Below, piece by piece: positions 17,926 through 26,823 of a DNA stretch of 64,000 bases. The stretch lies in NCBI GenBank assembly GCA_963666205.1, contig OY762654.1, positions 1 to 64,000 on the forward strand. Direction: 5' to 3'. This DNA comes from Synergistales bacterium. GTDB taxonomy: Bacteria > Synergistota > Synergistia > Synergistales > JAFGMB01. The notes below the pieces were generated by a model, which was not told where the DNA came from, made no database searches, and saw only the letters and a list, made by a program, of their open reading frames with translations. How positions within the stretch are numbered: the stretch's first letter is position 1; every line of letters starts with the position of its first letter. The position numbers and the translations under genes were made by a program.

Positions 17926-19050
17926 ATGGGGACAAACAGGAACGTTCTTGAAATTGCCGTAAAAAAAGACAGATACAAGGTTGCCTACATTCCTGGTGAC
18001 GATTCCGGTTTCGATGTAATGGAAGCCTGTATGGAGGTTATGGAAGCACTGAATCCACCCATAGATTGGGTCCGTGCAGATGCAGGGTGGTGCATGTGGG
18101 AGAAATATGGGAATACAGTTCCAGACGAAACTAAAGAAATTCTCCAGAATACTGATGCTGCTTTGATGGCAGCTATAACATCGAAACCTGGGGTCAAGGG
18201 TTTTAAATCTGCCATTCTTCAAATGAGACAGATATTTGACCTTTATATTAATCTCAGACCTGCAAAATCGATGCCTGGAGTACCTTCATATCGTGATGAT
18301 ATAGACATGGTCCTGTTCAGGGAAAATACAGAAGGTCTCTATTCAGCTGTAGAATGGCGTCCATTTCCCGAAGAACTTTTATCAATACATCCCAATCTTG
18401 AAAGATACAGGGGGAAAAAGGAACTTGCAGCTTCACTTCGCGTTTTTTCGTATGAAGGTTGCGAGAGGATTATCAGAGCGGCTTTCGAGTATGCGCAAAG
18501 TACAGGAAGAAATAAAGTCACGGTTGTAGAGAAGCCCAATGTAATCAGAGCTACAGGTGGTCTATTTCTTGATGTTGCAAAGGAAGTCTGTAAGGACTAT
18601 CCGGGGGTTGAATGGAATATGGAGAATGTAGATGCTACATGTATGTGGCTTATCAAAAATCCTCAGGATTACGAAGTAGTCGTTACCACAAATATGTTTG
18701 GAGATATAGTGTCTGATGAAGCTTCCCAGCTTGTCGGAGGTATGGGAGTCACAGCCAGTGGAAATATTGGTGAAAACTATGCACTTATGGAACCTTGTCA
18801 TGGTTCAGCCCCAAAATATGCAGGGCAGTACAAGCTTAATCCTGTAGCAATGCTTAATGCTGCTGGAATGCTCCTGGATTACCTCGGACTTGAAAAATAT
18901 ACTCACCGAATGGAAAAGGCAATGTTCGATGTTCTTAGGGAGGGAAAGGTCCTTACCTATGACCTGTTGAGGGATAAAGGTGTTGCTGATTGGGAAACAA
19001 AGGCCTCTTCGACCCTTGATATGGCAAGGGAAATCGTAAAAAGACTCTAA
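17926..19050 (+). CDS. Beta-decarboxylating dehydrogenase (isocitrate/isopropylmalate/homoisocitrate family), probably NADP(H)-dependent homoisocitrate dehydrogenase
   Basis: SAILQMRQIFDLYINLRP, RENTEGLY, EKPNV, NMFGDIVSD, EPCHGSAPKYAG, TYDLLR. Confidence 0.85.
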   Translation: MGTNRNVLEIAVKKDRYKVAYIPGDDSGFDVMEACMEVMEALNPPIDWVRADAGWCMWEKYGNTVPDETKEILQNTDAALMAAITSKPGVKGFKSAILQMRQIFDLYINLRPAKSMPGVPSYRDDIDMVLFRENTEGLYSAVEWRPFPEELLSIHPNLERYRGKKELAASLRVFSYEGCERIIRAAFEYAQSTGRNKVTVVEKPNVIRATGGLFLDVAKEVCKDYPGVEWNMENVDATCMWLIKNPQDYEVVVTTNMFGDIVSDEASQLVGGMGVTASGNIGENYALMEPCHGSAPKYAGQYKLNPVAMLNAAGMLLDYLGLEKYTHRMEKAMFDVLREGKVLTYDLLRDKGVADWETKASSTLDMAREIVKRL

Positions 19051-19054
19051 CAGC

Positions 19055-19099
19055 AAAAAGCTGCGGGCAAGGGGTATACCCCTTGCCCGCAGCTTTTTT
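19055..19099 (+). terminator. Rho-independent terminator (44-bp perfect palindrome plus T tract)
   Basis: AAAAAGCTGCGGGCAAGGGGTA|TACCCCTTGCCCGCAGCTTTTT immediately after the dehydrogenase stop. Confidence 0.88.
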
Positions 19100-19238
19100 G
19101 AAAAATTATATTCTCTCTACCATATTTTCCCGGCATCAATAAAGATAACGAGAAAACCTGTTTCCAGGTCACTTTTGGTGGTTACCATATTATAAATGAA
19201 AGGGTGATCTCTTCCTCGTCAGAATAACCTGAAGATTG

Positions 19239-19268
19239 TAGACATGAAATCGTGAAATAGAATATAAT
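19239..19268 (+). promoter_or_regulatory. Putative sigma70 promoter for nhaC
   Basis: TAGACA-18 nt-TATAAT, about 100 nt upstream of the ATG. Confidence 0.4.
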
Positions 19269-19370
19269 CAAAACTGGATGAGGTTTAAATTAACCTTGAT
19301 CAATGCGGGTCAGTCGTTGTGGGGGGTAGTTCCAGGTTGGAGAGAATCTAATTCTTGAGGAGGAAGCAAA

Positions 19371-20903
19371 ATGGCAGAAGAAAAAGTAGGTAGAAAACCG
19401 AGTTTTGCCGAAGCGTTGCTGGTCCTGGTCGTTATTGCTGTTGTTATTAGTGGAAGCGTTCTGAAATTAGGTCTTGATGCTCATGTACCGATTTTCCTTT
19501 GTGCTGTGTTTACCGCGTTCATGGGTATTTTTGTTTTGAAATATTCATGGAAAAAGATTGAAAATGGGATGATCAATGGAATTATGATCGCTATGCAGGC
19601 AATCCTGATCCTTACCATAGTCGGTTCTATGATCGGTGCCTGGGTACAGAGTGGAGTAGTCCCGTCACTTATCTATTATGGTCTGGATCTCCTTTCTCCG
19701 GGGTTTTTCCTTCTCGCGACACTTCTGGTATGTTCCATAGTTTCTCTTGCTACCGGAAGTTCCTGGACCACATCAGGTACAGTTGGTATTGCTATGATGG
19801 GTATCGCTGCCGGACTTGGCATCCCTGCTCATGTTACAGCCGGATTTATCATCTCGGGTGCTTATTTTGGTGATAAGATGTCTCCCCTTTCAGATACTAC
19901 AAATCTGGCACCTGCAGTTGCCGGTAATGACCTTTTTGACCACATAAGGGCCATGCTCTGGACGACAGGCCCTACCTATATCATTGTCGCAGTAATTGCA
20001 GGATTTATGGGTATGAAATATGCCGGTGGTGCACTTGATGCTTCAAAGATATCCCTCATCCAACAGGTTATGCAGGCTGAATTTCATGTAAGTCTTCTTG
20101 GTTTTGTACCCCCGGTTCTTGTTATTATCATGGCAACTGCAAAGGTCCCAGCCATACCCGGGCTTATAATTGGAATGCTTGCCGGTTCGGTTATGTCTCT
20201 TTTCCAGGGAGTTGGTCTTGCCGATGTCATGGGTGCCCTTCACTATGGTTATGAGACGAGTATCGCAAATGCGGTAGCAGAAGCGGGTAGCATGGATGCT
20301 GTAACTGAAGCGCTGAAAGGTGTGGCACTCGTAGGAGATAACATCAGTCTTGATATGGTCCATGAAGTGGGGAGCCTCCTCGCAGATCTTCTAACAAGAG
20401 GTGGACTGGATGGGATGATGTGGACAATCTCCCTGATCCTTCTGGCCCTGGCTCTTGGCGGTATCATGGAAACCTGCGGATTTCTTGAAGTCCTCCTTGA
20501 GAAAATCCTGAAAATGGTTACGACAGTAGGAGGACTTGTTACATCTGTTATCGCCTCCTGTGTGTTCTCCAACCTGTTCCTCGGCGATCAGTATCTTGCA
20601 ATTGTTATGCCTGGAAGACTTTTCAAGACAGGTTTTGAGAATTTTGAATACAAGGGTAAGAAGGGACTTGCGCCAAGGATGCTTTCACGAAGCCTTGAAG
20701 ATGCTGGTACCCTTACTTCGGCTCTGGTTCCCTGGAATACCTGTGGAGCTTACCAGTCCAGTGTCCTTGGTGTTCATCCCTTCGCTTATGCTCCTTATGC
20801 TTTCCTTAACTGGCTGAATCCACTTGTAGCGATTACCATTACTTATCTGGGAATAGGTGTTTTCTGGAAAGAAGACATGGAGAACAATAAAGAGGAATCC
20901 TGA
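19371..20903 (+). CDS. nhaC: NhaC-family Na+/H+ antiporter / amino-acid transporter
   Basis: Polytopic membrane protein with TGSSWTT.GT.G, SGAYFGDKMSPLSDTTNLA, GDQYLAI, LEDAGT..S.LVPWN. Confidence 0.88.
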   Translation: MAEEKVGRKPSFAEALLVLVVIAVVISGSVLKLGLDAHVPIFLCAVFTAFMGIFVLKYSWKKIENGMINGIMIAMQAILILTIVGSMIGAWVQSGVVPSLIYYGLDLLSPGFFLLATLLVCSIVSLATGSSWTTSGTVGIAMMGIAAGLGIPAHVTAGFIISGAYFGDKMSPLSDTTNLAPAVAGNDLFDHIRAMLWTTGPTYIIVAVIAGFMGMKYAGGALDASKISLIQQVMQAEFHVSLLGFVPPVLVIIMATAKVPAIPGLIIGMLAGSVMSLFQGVGLADVMGALHYGYETSIANAVAEAGSMDAVTEALKGVALVGDNISLDMVHEVGSLLADLLTRGGLDGMMWTISLILLALALGGIMETCGFLEVLLEKILKMVTTVGGLVTSVIASCVFSNLFLGDQYLAIVMPGRLFKTGFENFEYKGKKGLAPRMLSRSLEDAGTLTSALVPWNTCGAYQSSVLGVHPFAYAPYAFLNWLNPLVAITITYLGIGVFWKEDMENNKEES

Positions 20904-20914
20904 TACTTATTAAC

Positions 20915-20956
20915 AAGCAGAGAAGGACAGGGAACTCCCTGTTCTTCTCTGCTTTT
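20915..20956 (+). terminator. Stem-loop after nhaC
   Basis: AAGCAGAGAAGGACAGGG-loop-CCCTGTTCTTCTCTGCTT followed by TT. Confidence 0.7.
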
Positions 20957-20968
20957 GAGGAGACTGAC

Positions 20969-21400
20969 ATGCCTGAGAAATTAACAACAACTGTGGGATC
21001 CCCCCTCCCCAAAGGGATGAAGTCCCTTTCTTTAGCAATAGGCCTGATAATAATTTCTAGCGGCCTTTACCAGTTTTTACATGGCAGTAATGGAGCGTTT
21101 ACTTATATTGGCGTAGGCTTTGTCTGCATTGCCTGTTGTTCTTACAATAAAGCCTTCTCTGTCTCTTCTGAGGGTATAGTGAGAGAGCAGCGCATACTGG
21201 GAAGAGCTTACAAGGAAGTTTTACCATGGGGAGATGTTAAATCTGTCAGTTTTGCATTTAGAGGTGACAAGCTCATGGCCTTATTCGAAATAGGGCTGAA
21301 GGGGTGGCGTGTCCTTTTTTCACGAGATGCAGAACTTCGCTTAAGAAATATCATATCTGAAAATCGCCCTGACATCCAAGTTGAAGTCTTGCAGAAATAG
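20969..21400 (+). CDS. Hypothetical membrane protein (two N-terminal TM helices, small soluble C-terminal domain)
   Basis: 143-aa ORF with RBS GAGGAG and two hydrophobic segments. Confidence 0.65.
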   Translation: MPEKLTTTVGSPLPKGMKSLSLAIGLIIISSGLYQFLHGSNGAFTYIGVGFVCIACCSYNKAFSVSSEGIVREQRILGRAYKEVLPWGDVKSVSFAFRGDKLMALFEIGLKGWRVLFSRDAELRLRNIISENRPDIQVEVLQK

Positions 21401-21562
21401 GATGCTCTTCCATCCCGTTATTTTCGGGTAACCCTTTCAGTAACAACTGTTCAACATCCCTAACTTAAGTAAAAGGAAGGGGGCTGTAGGTTGATATTGA
21501 AATAGTGCTGTTAAGTAGTGAGGGGAAAGTAGCTAGCAGACCAACAAGGAGGCAGATAGAAA

Positions 21563-22924
21563 ATGACCGAACATTGTTCTTCCTTTTCAATTCCACCCAA
21601 AGAAGTTTTTTCAACAATAGCTGAATGGATGCTGAGAGATGGTTTTGACATAGTTATCGATATGGAAAAATCCAGAGGGAGCCATATCGTTGATGCTGCT
21701 ACAGGCGATGCATGGCTTGACTTCTATACGTTTTTTGCTTCAGCACCCTTTGGTATGAATCATCCCAAGGTCGACAATGAAGAATTCAAGGAAAAGATTT
21801 ATCGTGCAGCAATAAACAAAGTAGCTAATTCGGATATATATACTCAGGAAATGGCAGAATTTGTTCATACTTTTGGTGAAGTTGCCATGCCAGAAGGGTT
21901 TAAGCATCTTTTCCTGATCGATTATGGAACATTAGCAGTAGAAAATGCTCTTAAAGTTGCCATGGATTGGAAAGTAAGAAGACTTCTAGCAGCTGGTAAG
22001 GTCAATAAAGGAGATGCAATTCGGGGGAAAAGGGGAACAAAGGTGATTTACTTCAATGAAGCTTTTCATGGAAGAAGTGGATATACCCTTAGCTTGACTA
22101 ATACCCATGATCCAAATAAGCATCAGTATTTTGCCAAGTTCAATGAGTGGATCAAGGTTTTGAATCCCAGAATATATTGGCCCTTGGAAGATAATCTCAA
22201 TATGGTAAAGTGGGCTGAGCTCCAATCGCTTAAACAGATCCAACAGGCTATAGAGGATAATCCTGATGATATCTGTGCCATGATCATTGAAACGATCCAG
22301 GGAGAAGGCGGAGATAATCAATTCAGGAAAGAATTTTTCCAGAGTCTGCGGAAAATCTGTGACGAAAATGAAATACTTCTGATATTTGATGAAGTTCAGT
22401 GTGGGATGGGTATTACCGGTAAGATGTGGGCCTGGGAGCATTATGGAGTTAAACCCGATATCTTTGCCTTCGGTAAGAAAGCGCAGATATGTGGCATAGT
22501 TGCAGGGCCAAGGATAGATGAAGTAGAGGGAAACTGCTGGGTTACTTCCAGTCGGATCAATTCTACATGGGGCGGAAGTGTTGTAGATATGGTCAGATCC
22601 CAAAGATTTCTCGAGATATACAGGGATGAAAATATTCTTGATTATGTAGCAAATACTGTTGGACCTGCCCTTTATAAGGGACTTCTTGAACTGCAGAAAG
22701 AATTTCCAATCCTGCAGAATGTAAGGGGAAAGGGGCTTATGTGCGCCTACGATCTTCCTGATAATGAAACCCGCAATAAACTTCTGAAGCTTCTTCATGC
22801 TCAGAAAATGCTTATTTTACCCTGTGGAACTCTATCAATACGTTACAGACCTGCTCTGAATGTTCCCCTTGAAGATATTGCCAGGGGTATGGACATTACC
22901 AGAGAGGCTCTAAAGAAGATCTAA
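21563..22924 (+). CDS. lat: L-lysine 6-transaminase (class III PLP aminotransferase)
   Basis: AVENALKVAMDWK, FHGRSGYTLSLTNT, IQGEGGD, FDEVQCG, FGKK, SSRINSTWGG match the LAT subfamily. Confidence 0.88.
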   Translation: MTEHCSSFSIPPKEVFSTIAEWMLRDGFDIVIDMEKSRGSHIVDAATGDAWLDFYTFFASAPFGMNHPKVDNEEFKEKIYRAAINKVANSDIYTQEMAEFVHTFGEVAMPEGFKHLFLIDYGTLAVENALKVAMDWKVRRLLAAGKVNKGDAIRGKRGTKVIYFNEAFHGRSGYTLSLTNTHDPNKHQYFAKFNEWIKVLNPRIYWPLEDNLNMVKWAELQSLKQIQQAIEDNPDDICAMIIETIQGEGGDNQFRKEFFQSLRKICDENEILLIFDEVQCGMGITGKMWAWEHYGVKPDIFAFGKKAQICGIVAGPRIDEVEGNCWVTSSRINSTWGGSVVDMVRSQRFLEIYRDENILDYVANTVGPALYKGLLELQKEFPILQNVRGKGLMCAYDLPDNETRNKLLKLLHAQKMLILPCGTLSIRYRPALNVPLEDIARGMDITREALKKI

Positions 22925-23058
22925 CCGGGGATAGGAGTGATTACGGGTTCAGGTTCTGACAGGTATCCCCGAATGCTTTGAGAATTCAGACATTGCTGGG
23001 ATAACTGTTTGAATGAGAGTGTAAATCTTCTTTTGTTCATTTTATAGGACAAAAGAAG

Positions 23059-23087
23059 TTGACAAGCCTAAAACCTGATTGTACAAT
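23059..23087 (+). promoter_or_regulatory. sigma70 promoter of tRNA-Val
   Basis: TTGACA-17 nt-TACAAT, 11 nt before the tRNA. Confidence 0.8.
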
Positions 23088-23098
23088 TGCTCAGCACT

Positions 23099-23173
23099 GG
23101 GTGGTTAGTTCAGAGGAAGAACGCTTCCTTGACGCGGAAGAGGTCACAGGTTCGATTCCTGTACCACCCACCA
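23099..23173 (+). tRNA. tRNA-Val (GAC)
   Basis: Cloverleaf: GGGTGGT/ACCACCC acceptor stem, CTTCC-TTGACGC-GGAAG anticodon arm, TTCGATT T-loop, encoded CCA. Confidence 0.96.
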
Positions 23174-23187
23174 TTAATAGTTATCTG

Positions 23188-23222
23188 AAAGGGGATGTCG
23201 TTTAAATGACATCCCCTTTTTT
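23188..23222 (+). terminator. Rho-independent terminator after tRNA-Val
   Basis: AAAGGGGATGTC...GACATCCCCTTTTTT. Confidence 0.85.
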
Positions 23223-23304
23223 GTATGTTATTCAAGCATTGTTTGATATCCAATATACTGTTGATGAGAACAGTAGTATTATTTATTCAAAGAAGGTGAT
23301 AGCA

Positions 23305-23712
23305 ATGTTGATGGGCATCGGGATAGATCTGTGTAAAATATCCAGAATGGAGAGGGTCATACAAAACTCTCATTTTGTGCAAAGGGTCTTTCACCCCGTA
23401 GAGATTGATTATGCATCCTCCAAACTATTTCCGGCGCAGCATTATGCAGCTGCTTTTGCGGCCAGAGAAGCATTTGCTAAAGCAAGTGGATTAGGACTCT
23501 CAAGAATAATTTTTAAAGGAGTATGGGTTGAAAGGACATCCAAAGGCCCTTTCTTGCAATTAAGCGATAAGGTTAAGGGTTTACTATCAGCCAATGATCC
23601 CCTGAGGGTGCATATCAGTATCAGCCATGAGGATGGTCTTTCTGCTGCTTTTGTGGTACTGGAGGTGTCCAAGAGTGGATTTTTACGATCCTCAAACAAT
23701 CCGGAAAGCTGA
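23305..23712 (+). CDS. acpS: Holo-[acyl-carrier-protein] synthase
   Basis: GIGIDL, FAAREAFAKA.G.G, ISISHE; start set to ATG 23305. Confidence 0.9.
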   Translation: MLMGIGIDLCKISRMERVIQNSHFVQRVFHPVEIDYASSKLFPAQHYAAAFAAREAFAKASGLGLSRIIFKGVWVERTSKGPFLQLSDKVKGLLSANDPLRVHISISHEDGLSAAFVVLEVSKSGFLRSSNNPES

Positions 23713-25222
23713 TAGCAGAGCAATATCTGAAATAGGGATTCCAGGTATGGTTCTTATGGAGAACGCGGGCCGTAATGCTGTAGAGATATTGATGAAAGAA
23801 TACAAATTGTTATCATCTGTCTGCATACTTGTAGGACCTGGCAATAATGGGGGAGATGGTCTTGTGATGGCAAGACACTTTATGCTGAAGAAAGTAGATG
23901 TTGTAGTAATCTCAGCTATAAAGACGACATCTTTCCGTGGTGATTCTGCAATTAATCTCAAGATTGCGAAATCTCTGGGTATTCAAATATATTCATCTCC
24001 TGAGATTCTGGATGAGGATATTCATGGAATGATATGTTCAAGTGATTTATGTGTGGATGCATTGCTTGGAACTGGAAGCAAGGGTTGTCCCCGGGGAGAA
24101 TGTTCCCGGATAATATCCCTGATTCCTCCGAGAATTCCCGTCGTATCAGTCGATATTCCAAGCGGCATTGATCCACTGAACGGCCAAGTCTATTCTCCAT
24201 GTATTAATTCGGTACTGACAATTACCATGCTTGCGCCTAAAACAGGACTGGGGCTTATGCCAGCAGCACGGTATTCAGGCAATCTTAAAGTTGCAGATAT
24301 AGGAGTTCCCAAGGATAGAGTCCTTATCGCTCCCCCAAGGATAATAGATTTTACAGAAAATAATGCAAGAAGGAATCTGCCGGAAAGACCATTGGACATG
24401 CATAAAGGGCAGAGAGGAAATGTTACAGCTATTGGTGGTGCTCCTGAATACAGGGGTTCTCTCGCACTGACTGCCCTTGGTTGCCTCAGAACCGGAGCAG
24501 GCCTGGTTTTTACACTTTCTTCCATAGATGCGCAGAATACTGTATCTTCTTTTCTGCCAGAAGTAATTACGTGGGGTTTCCCTTTTGACGAACCGGAAAC
24601 ATTGACTGATAACCTTATGCACCGTGTAAAACTTCTGGAAGAGAGGTCTGATTCAATGGTTATAGGACCTGGACTTGGACGAAACCTGTCAACACTGAGG
24701 CTCGTAACCAGGGTATGGAATGAAGTTAACATTCCGATAGTACTGGATGCAGATGCTTTATTCCTGTTGTCTGAAATAGAGGGAGAAATGCTCAGGAGGG
24801 AAAATGTGGTTTTAACTCCTCACGAAGGTGAAGCGTCCAGATTACTTGGAACTGATATCGGGACTGTAAGAAAAGATAGACTTGGATGTGTAAGAGAGTT
24901 ATCAACCAGGTGGGGTGTTGTCCTACTCAAAGGTTACCATACCCTTATTGACGACGGAGTTCGAACTGCAGTTATATTAGGAGGCAATCAGTCTCTGGCC
25001 ATCCCTGGTTCCGGGGATGTGTTATCCGGGATTATTTCATCCCTTCTGGCCGGAGGTGTTCAACCTTTTGAGGCAGCATGTACAGGTGCCTGGCTCCATG
25101 CCAGGGCAGGAGACGAGCTTTCTGTTATTGCCGGACTGGACGGAGTAATTGCAAGAGAATTGGCTGAAAGGATTCCTGGAATAGTAAATAGGTTAAGATT
25201 ACTTTCGGCAAATGAAATATAA
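23675..25222 (+). CDS. nnr: Bifunctional NAD(P)H-hydrate epimerase/dehydratase (YjeF/Nnr)
   Basis: LMENAG, GPGNNGGDG, DALLGTG, DIPSG, HKG.RG, GPGLG, DADAL, TPHEGE, GSGDVLSG; GTG start 23675 after GGAGGTG. Confidence 0.9.
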   Translation: MDFYDPQTIRKADSRAISEIGIPGMVLMENAGRNAVEILMKEYKLLSSVCILVGPGNNGGDGLVMARHFMLKKVDVVVISAIKTTSFRGDSAINLKIAKSLGIQIYSSPEILDEDIHGMICSSDLCVDALLGTGSKGCPRGECSRIISLIPPRIPVVSVDIPSGIDPLNGQVYSPCINSVLTITMLAPKTGLGLMPAARYSGNLKVADIGVPKDRVLIAPPRIIDFTENNARRNLPERPLDMHKGQRGNVTAIGGAPEYRGSLALTALGCLRTGAGLVFTLSSIDAQNTVSSFLPEVITWGFPFDEPETLTDNLMHRVKLLEERSDSMVIGPGLGRNLSTLRLVTRVWNEVNIPIVLDADALFLLSEIEGEMLRRENVVLTPHEGEASRLLGTDIGTVRKDRLGCVRELSTRWGVVLLKGYHTLIDDGVRTAVILGGNQSLAIPGSGDVLSGIISSLLAGGVQPFEAACTGAWLHARAGDELSVIAGLDGVIARELAERIPGIVNRLRLLSANEI

Positions 25223-25245
25223 GTACCCTGAAAGGTTGATAATTA

Positions 25246-25767
25246 TTGATCTTTGCTTCTCATAACTCGCTGATTACTTTTTCTGAAGAAGAAACAATAG
25301 ACATTGCCAGCAGGATTGCTGAGTTTGTTTATCCCGGTCTGACAATACACCTATCTGGAGACCTTGGGGCTGGAAAAACAGTTTTTGTTCGTGGACTTTC
25401 CAGTATTATGGGAGTACAAGGTGTTCGAAGCCCTTCATTTACCCTTGTAAATGAATACCAGGGCAGGATTCCTATTGCCCATGTGGATCTTTACAGGCTT
25501 GAAAGAGGAGATGAAAGTGAGCTTGATCTGGATTCCTACATAGATTATGGTTACCTTCTGATAATCGAATGGGCGGAAAAACTGGAAGAAACTCCGTCGA
25601 GTGATCTCTGGATAATAAATATCTCCTGTAAAAATGGGGGAAATTATCTGCCATTCGGAGGACCAGAGGAGACACGATATTTTACTTTTTCTGCCATAGG
25701 AGAAAAAGCAGCGAAAATGCTTAATGATTATATAGATCTATTAAAAAAGGAGATCGGCTTTCTGTGA
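25246..25767 (+). CDS. tsaE: tRNA threonylcarbamoyladenosine biosynthesis ATPase
   Basis: GDLGAGKT, SPSFTLVNEY, HVDLYRL, IIEW. Confidence 0.93.
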   Translation: MIFASHNSLITFSEEETIDIASRIAEFVYPGLTIHLSGDLGAGKTVFVRGLSSIMGVQGVRSPSFTLVNEYQGRIPIAHVDLYRLERGDESELDLDSYIDYGYLLIIEWAEKLEETPSSDLWIINISCKNGGNYLPFGGPEETRYFTFSAIGEKAAKMLNDYIDLLKKEIGFL

Positions 25768-26444
25768 AATACATACTCGGAATAGATTGCAGTACCAGGA
25801 AAACAAATGTGGGAATTGCCATAGAAGAAAAACCCATAGGTGAGATAAATCTTGATCTTGGAAGAGAGCAGTCGGGATCTCTTCCAATTGTTACGCAACA
25901 GTTGATGGATTTTGTTGATATTAATCTGAATATGATCGACCGGATAGCTGTTACTGTTGGGCCTGGGTACTTTACAGGCATCAGAGTGGGTATTTCCTAT
26001 GCTACGGCTCTTGGAGAAGGTCTAGGAGTACCAGTGATACCAATATGTTCCCTCGAGGCAGTCGTTTATGGATCCTGCCTTGATAGTCATATGGTAAATG
26101 TTCCCCTGATATGGGGAAGCAGAAACACCATTTATGCAGGTGCCTATACGGTAGAGAATGACAGAACGGTATCATTGCTGCCCGTTGACGCATATCCAGT
26201 TCCGATGTTGAAGGAATTCCTCAAAGACCTTGAAAAAACACCAATACTTATCAGTCCAGACAGTGAAAGATGCAGAGAACTTTTTAAGAATAACATTTTT
26301 CCAATCAGATATTGTCCGATCTCAGGCGGTACAATAGCATCAATGGCGTTTCATAAAATAAACCTGTCGGTAGAACCAACTGAAATCAAGGCCCGATATT
26401 ACAGGGAACCAGACATCGGAAAACCAAAACCTTCTCTTTTGTAG
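25764..26444 (+). CDS. tsaB: tRNA threonylcarbamoyladenosine biosynthesis protein
   Basis: LGIDCS, GPGYFTGIRVG; adjacent to tsaE. Confidence 0.9.
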   Translation: MKYILGIDCSTRKTNVGIAIEEKPIGEINLDLGREQSGSLPIVTQQLMDFVDINLNMIDRIAVTVGPGYFTGIRVGISYATALGEGLGVPVIPICSLEAVVYGSCLDSHMVNVPLIWGSRNTIYAGAYTVENDRTVSLLPVDAYPVPMLKEFLKDLEKTPILISPDSERCRELFKNNIFPIRYCPISGGTIASMAFHKINLSVEPTEIKARYYREPDIGKPKPSLL

Positions 26445-26823
26445 ATACTGTTCTGTTTCCAAAAGGCTCATTCTTCTTGAACTTTTTATGATATATTTCA
26501 AGAGCAGGTATCACTGTATAAATGCCAGAAAAAACCTGCTCTTTCTGAAGTTCCTCCAAAATGATTTGTTCCCGCTAATGATTCTATGCCAGTACAAAAA
26601 CTTTTTCGCAATATTGAATATACTTCAGTTAGCTAGCAATTAAGGTATACAAATTGAATAAAAGATATAAAGCAAAAACCTGACTAACTGATTAGGTTAT
26701 TCTAAAATATAACGCTTGTAAGAAAGGCATTATACGTTTATCCTTATTACGAAATTTGCAAATACCATTATTTGTTAATAAAACAGAATGGTTAAATGAA
26801 TCTTTCTACCAGGGGGTGGAGTT

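Noticed and set aside
14272-19050. Reading the block as leucine biosynthesis (leuC/leuD duplicated, plus leuB)
   Set aside because: There are no leuA or ilv genes nearby. The dehydrogenase lacks the IPMDH E..LL.LR and HGSAPDI motifs, the small-subunit loops are not LeuD-like, and the genes are co-operonic with a lyase.
14272-19050. Forward (biosynthetic) AAA lysine pathway
   Set aside because: The window has no homocitrate synthase or lysW/X/Z/Y/J/K, and it contains a lyase and a catabolic LAT. These genes could still lie elsewhere in the genome.
19100-19370. Lysine riboswitch or T-box upstream of nhaC
   Set aside because: No AGAGGNGC lysine-riboswitch start, no T-box AAGGTGGNACC-type motif and no leader terminator are visible.
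21986-22798. Long antisense ORFs (270 aa here, 295 aa at 48969-49856, and many shorter ones)
   Set aside because: They lie opposite well-supported genes and have no recognisable motifs, so they are treated as shadow ORFs.
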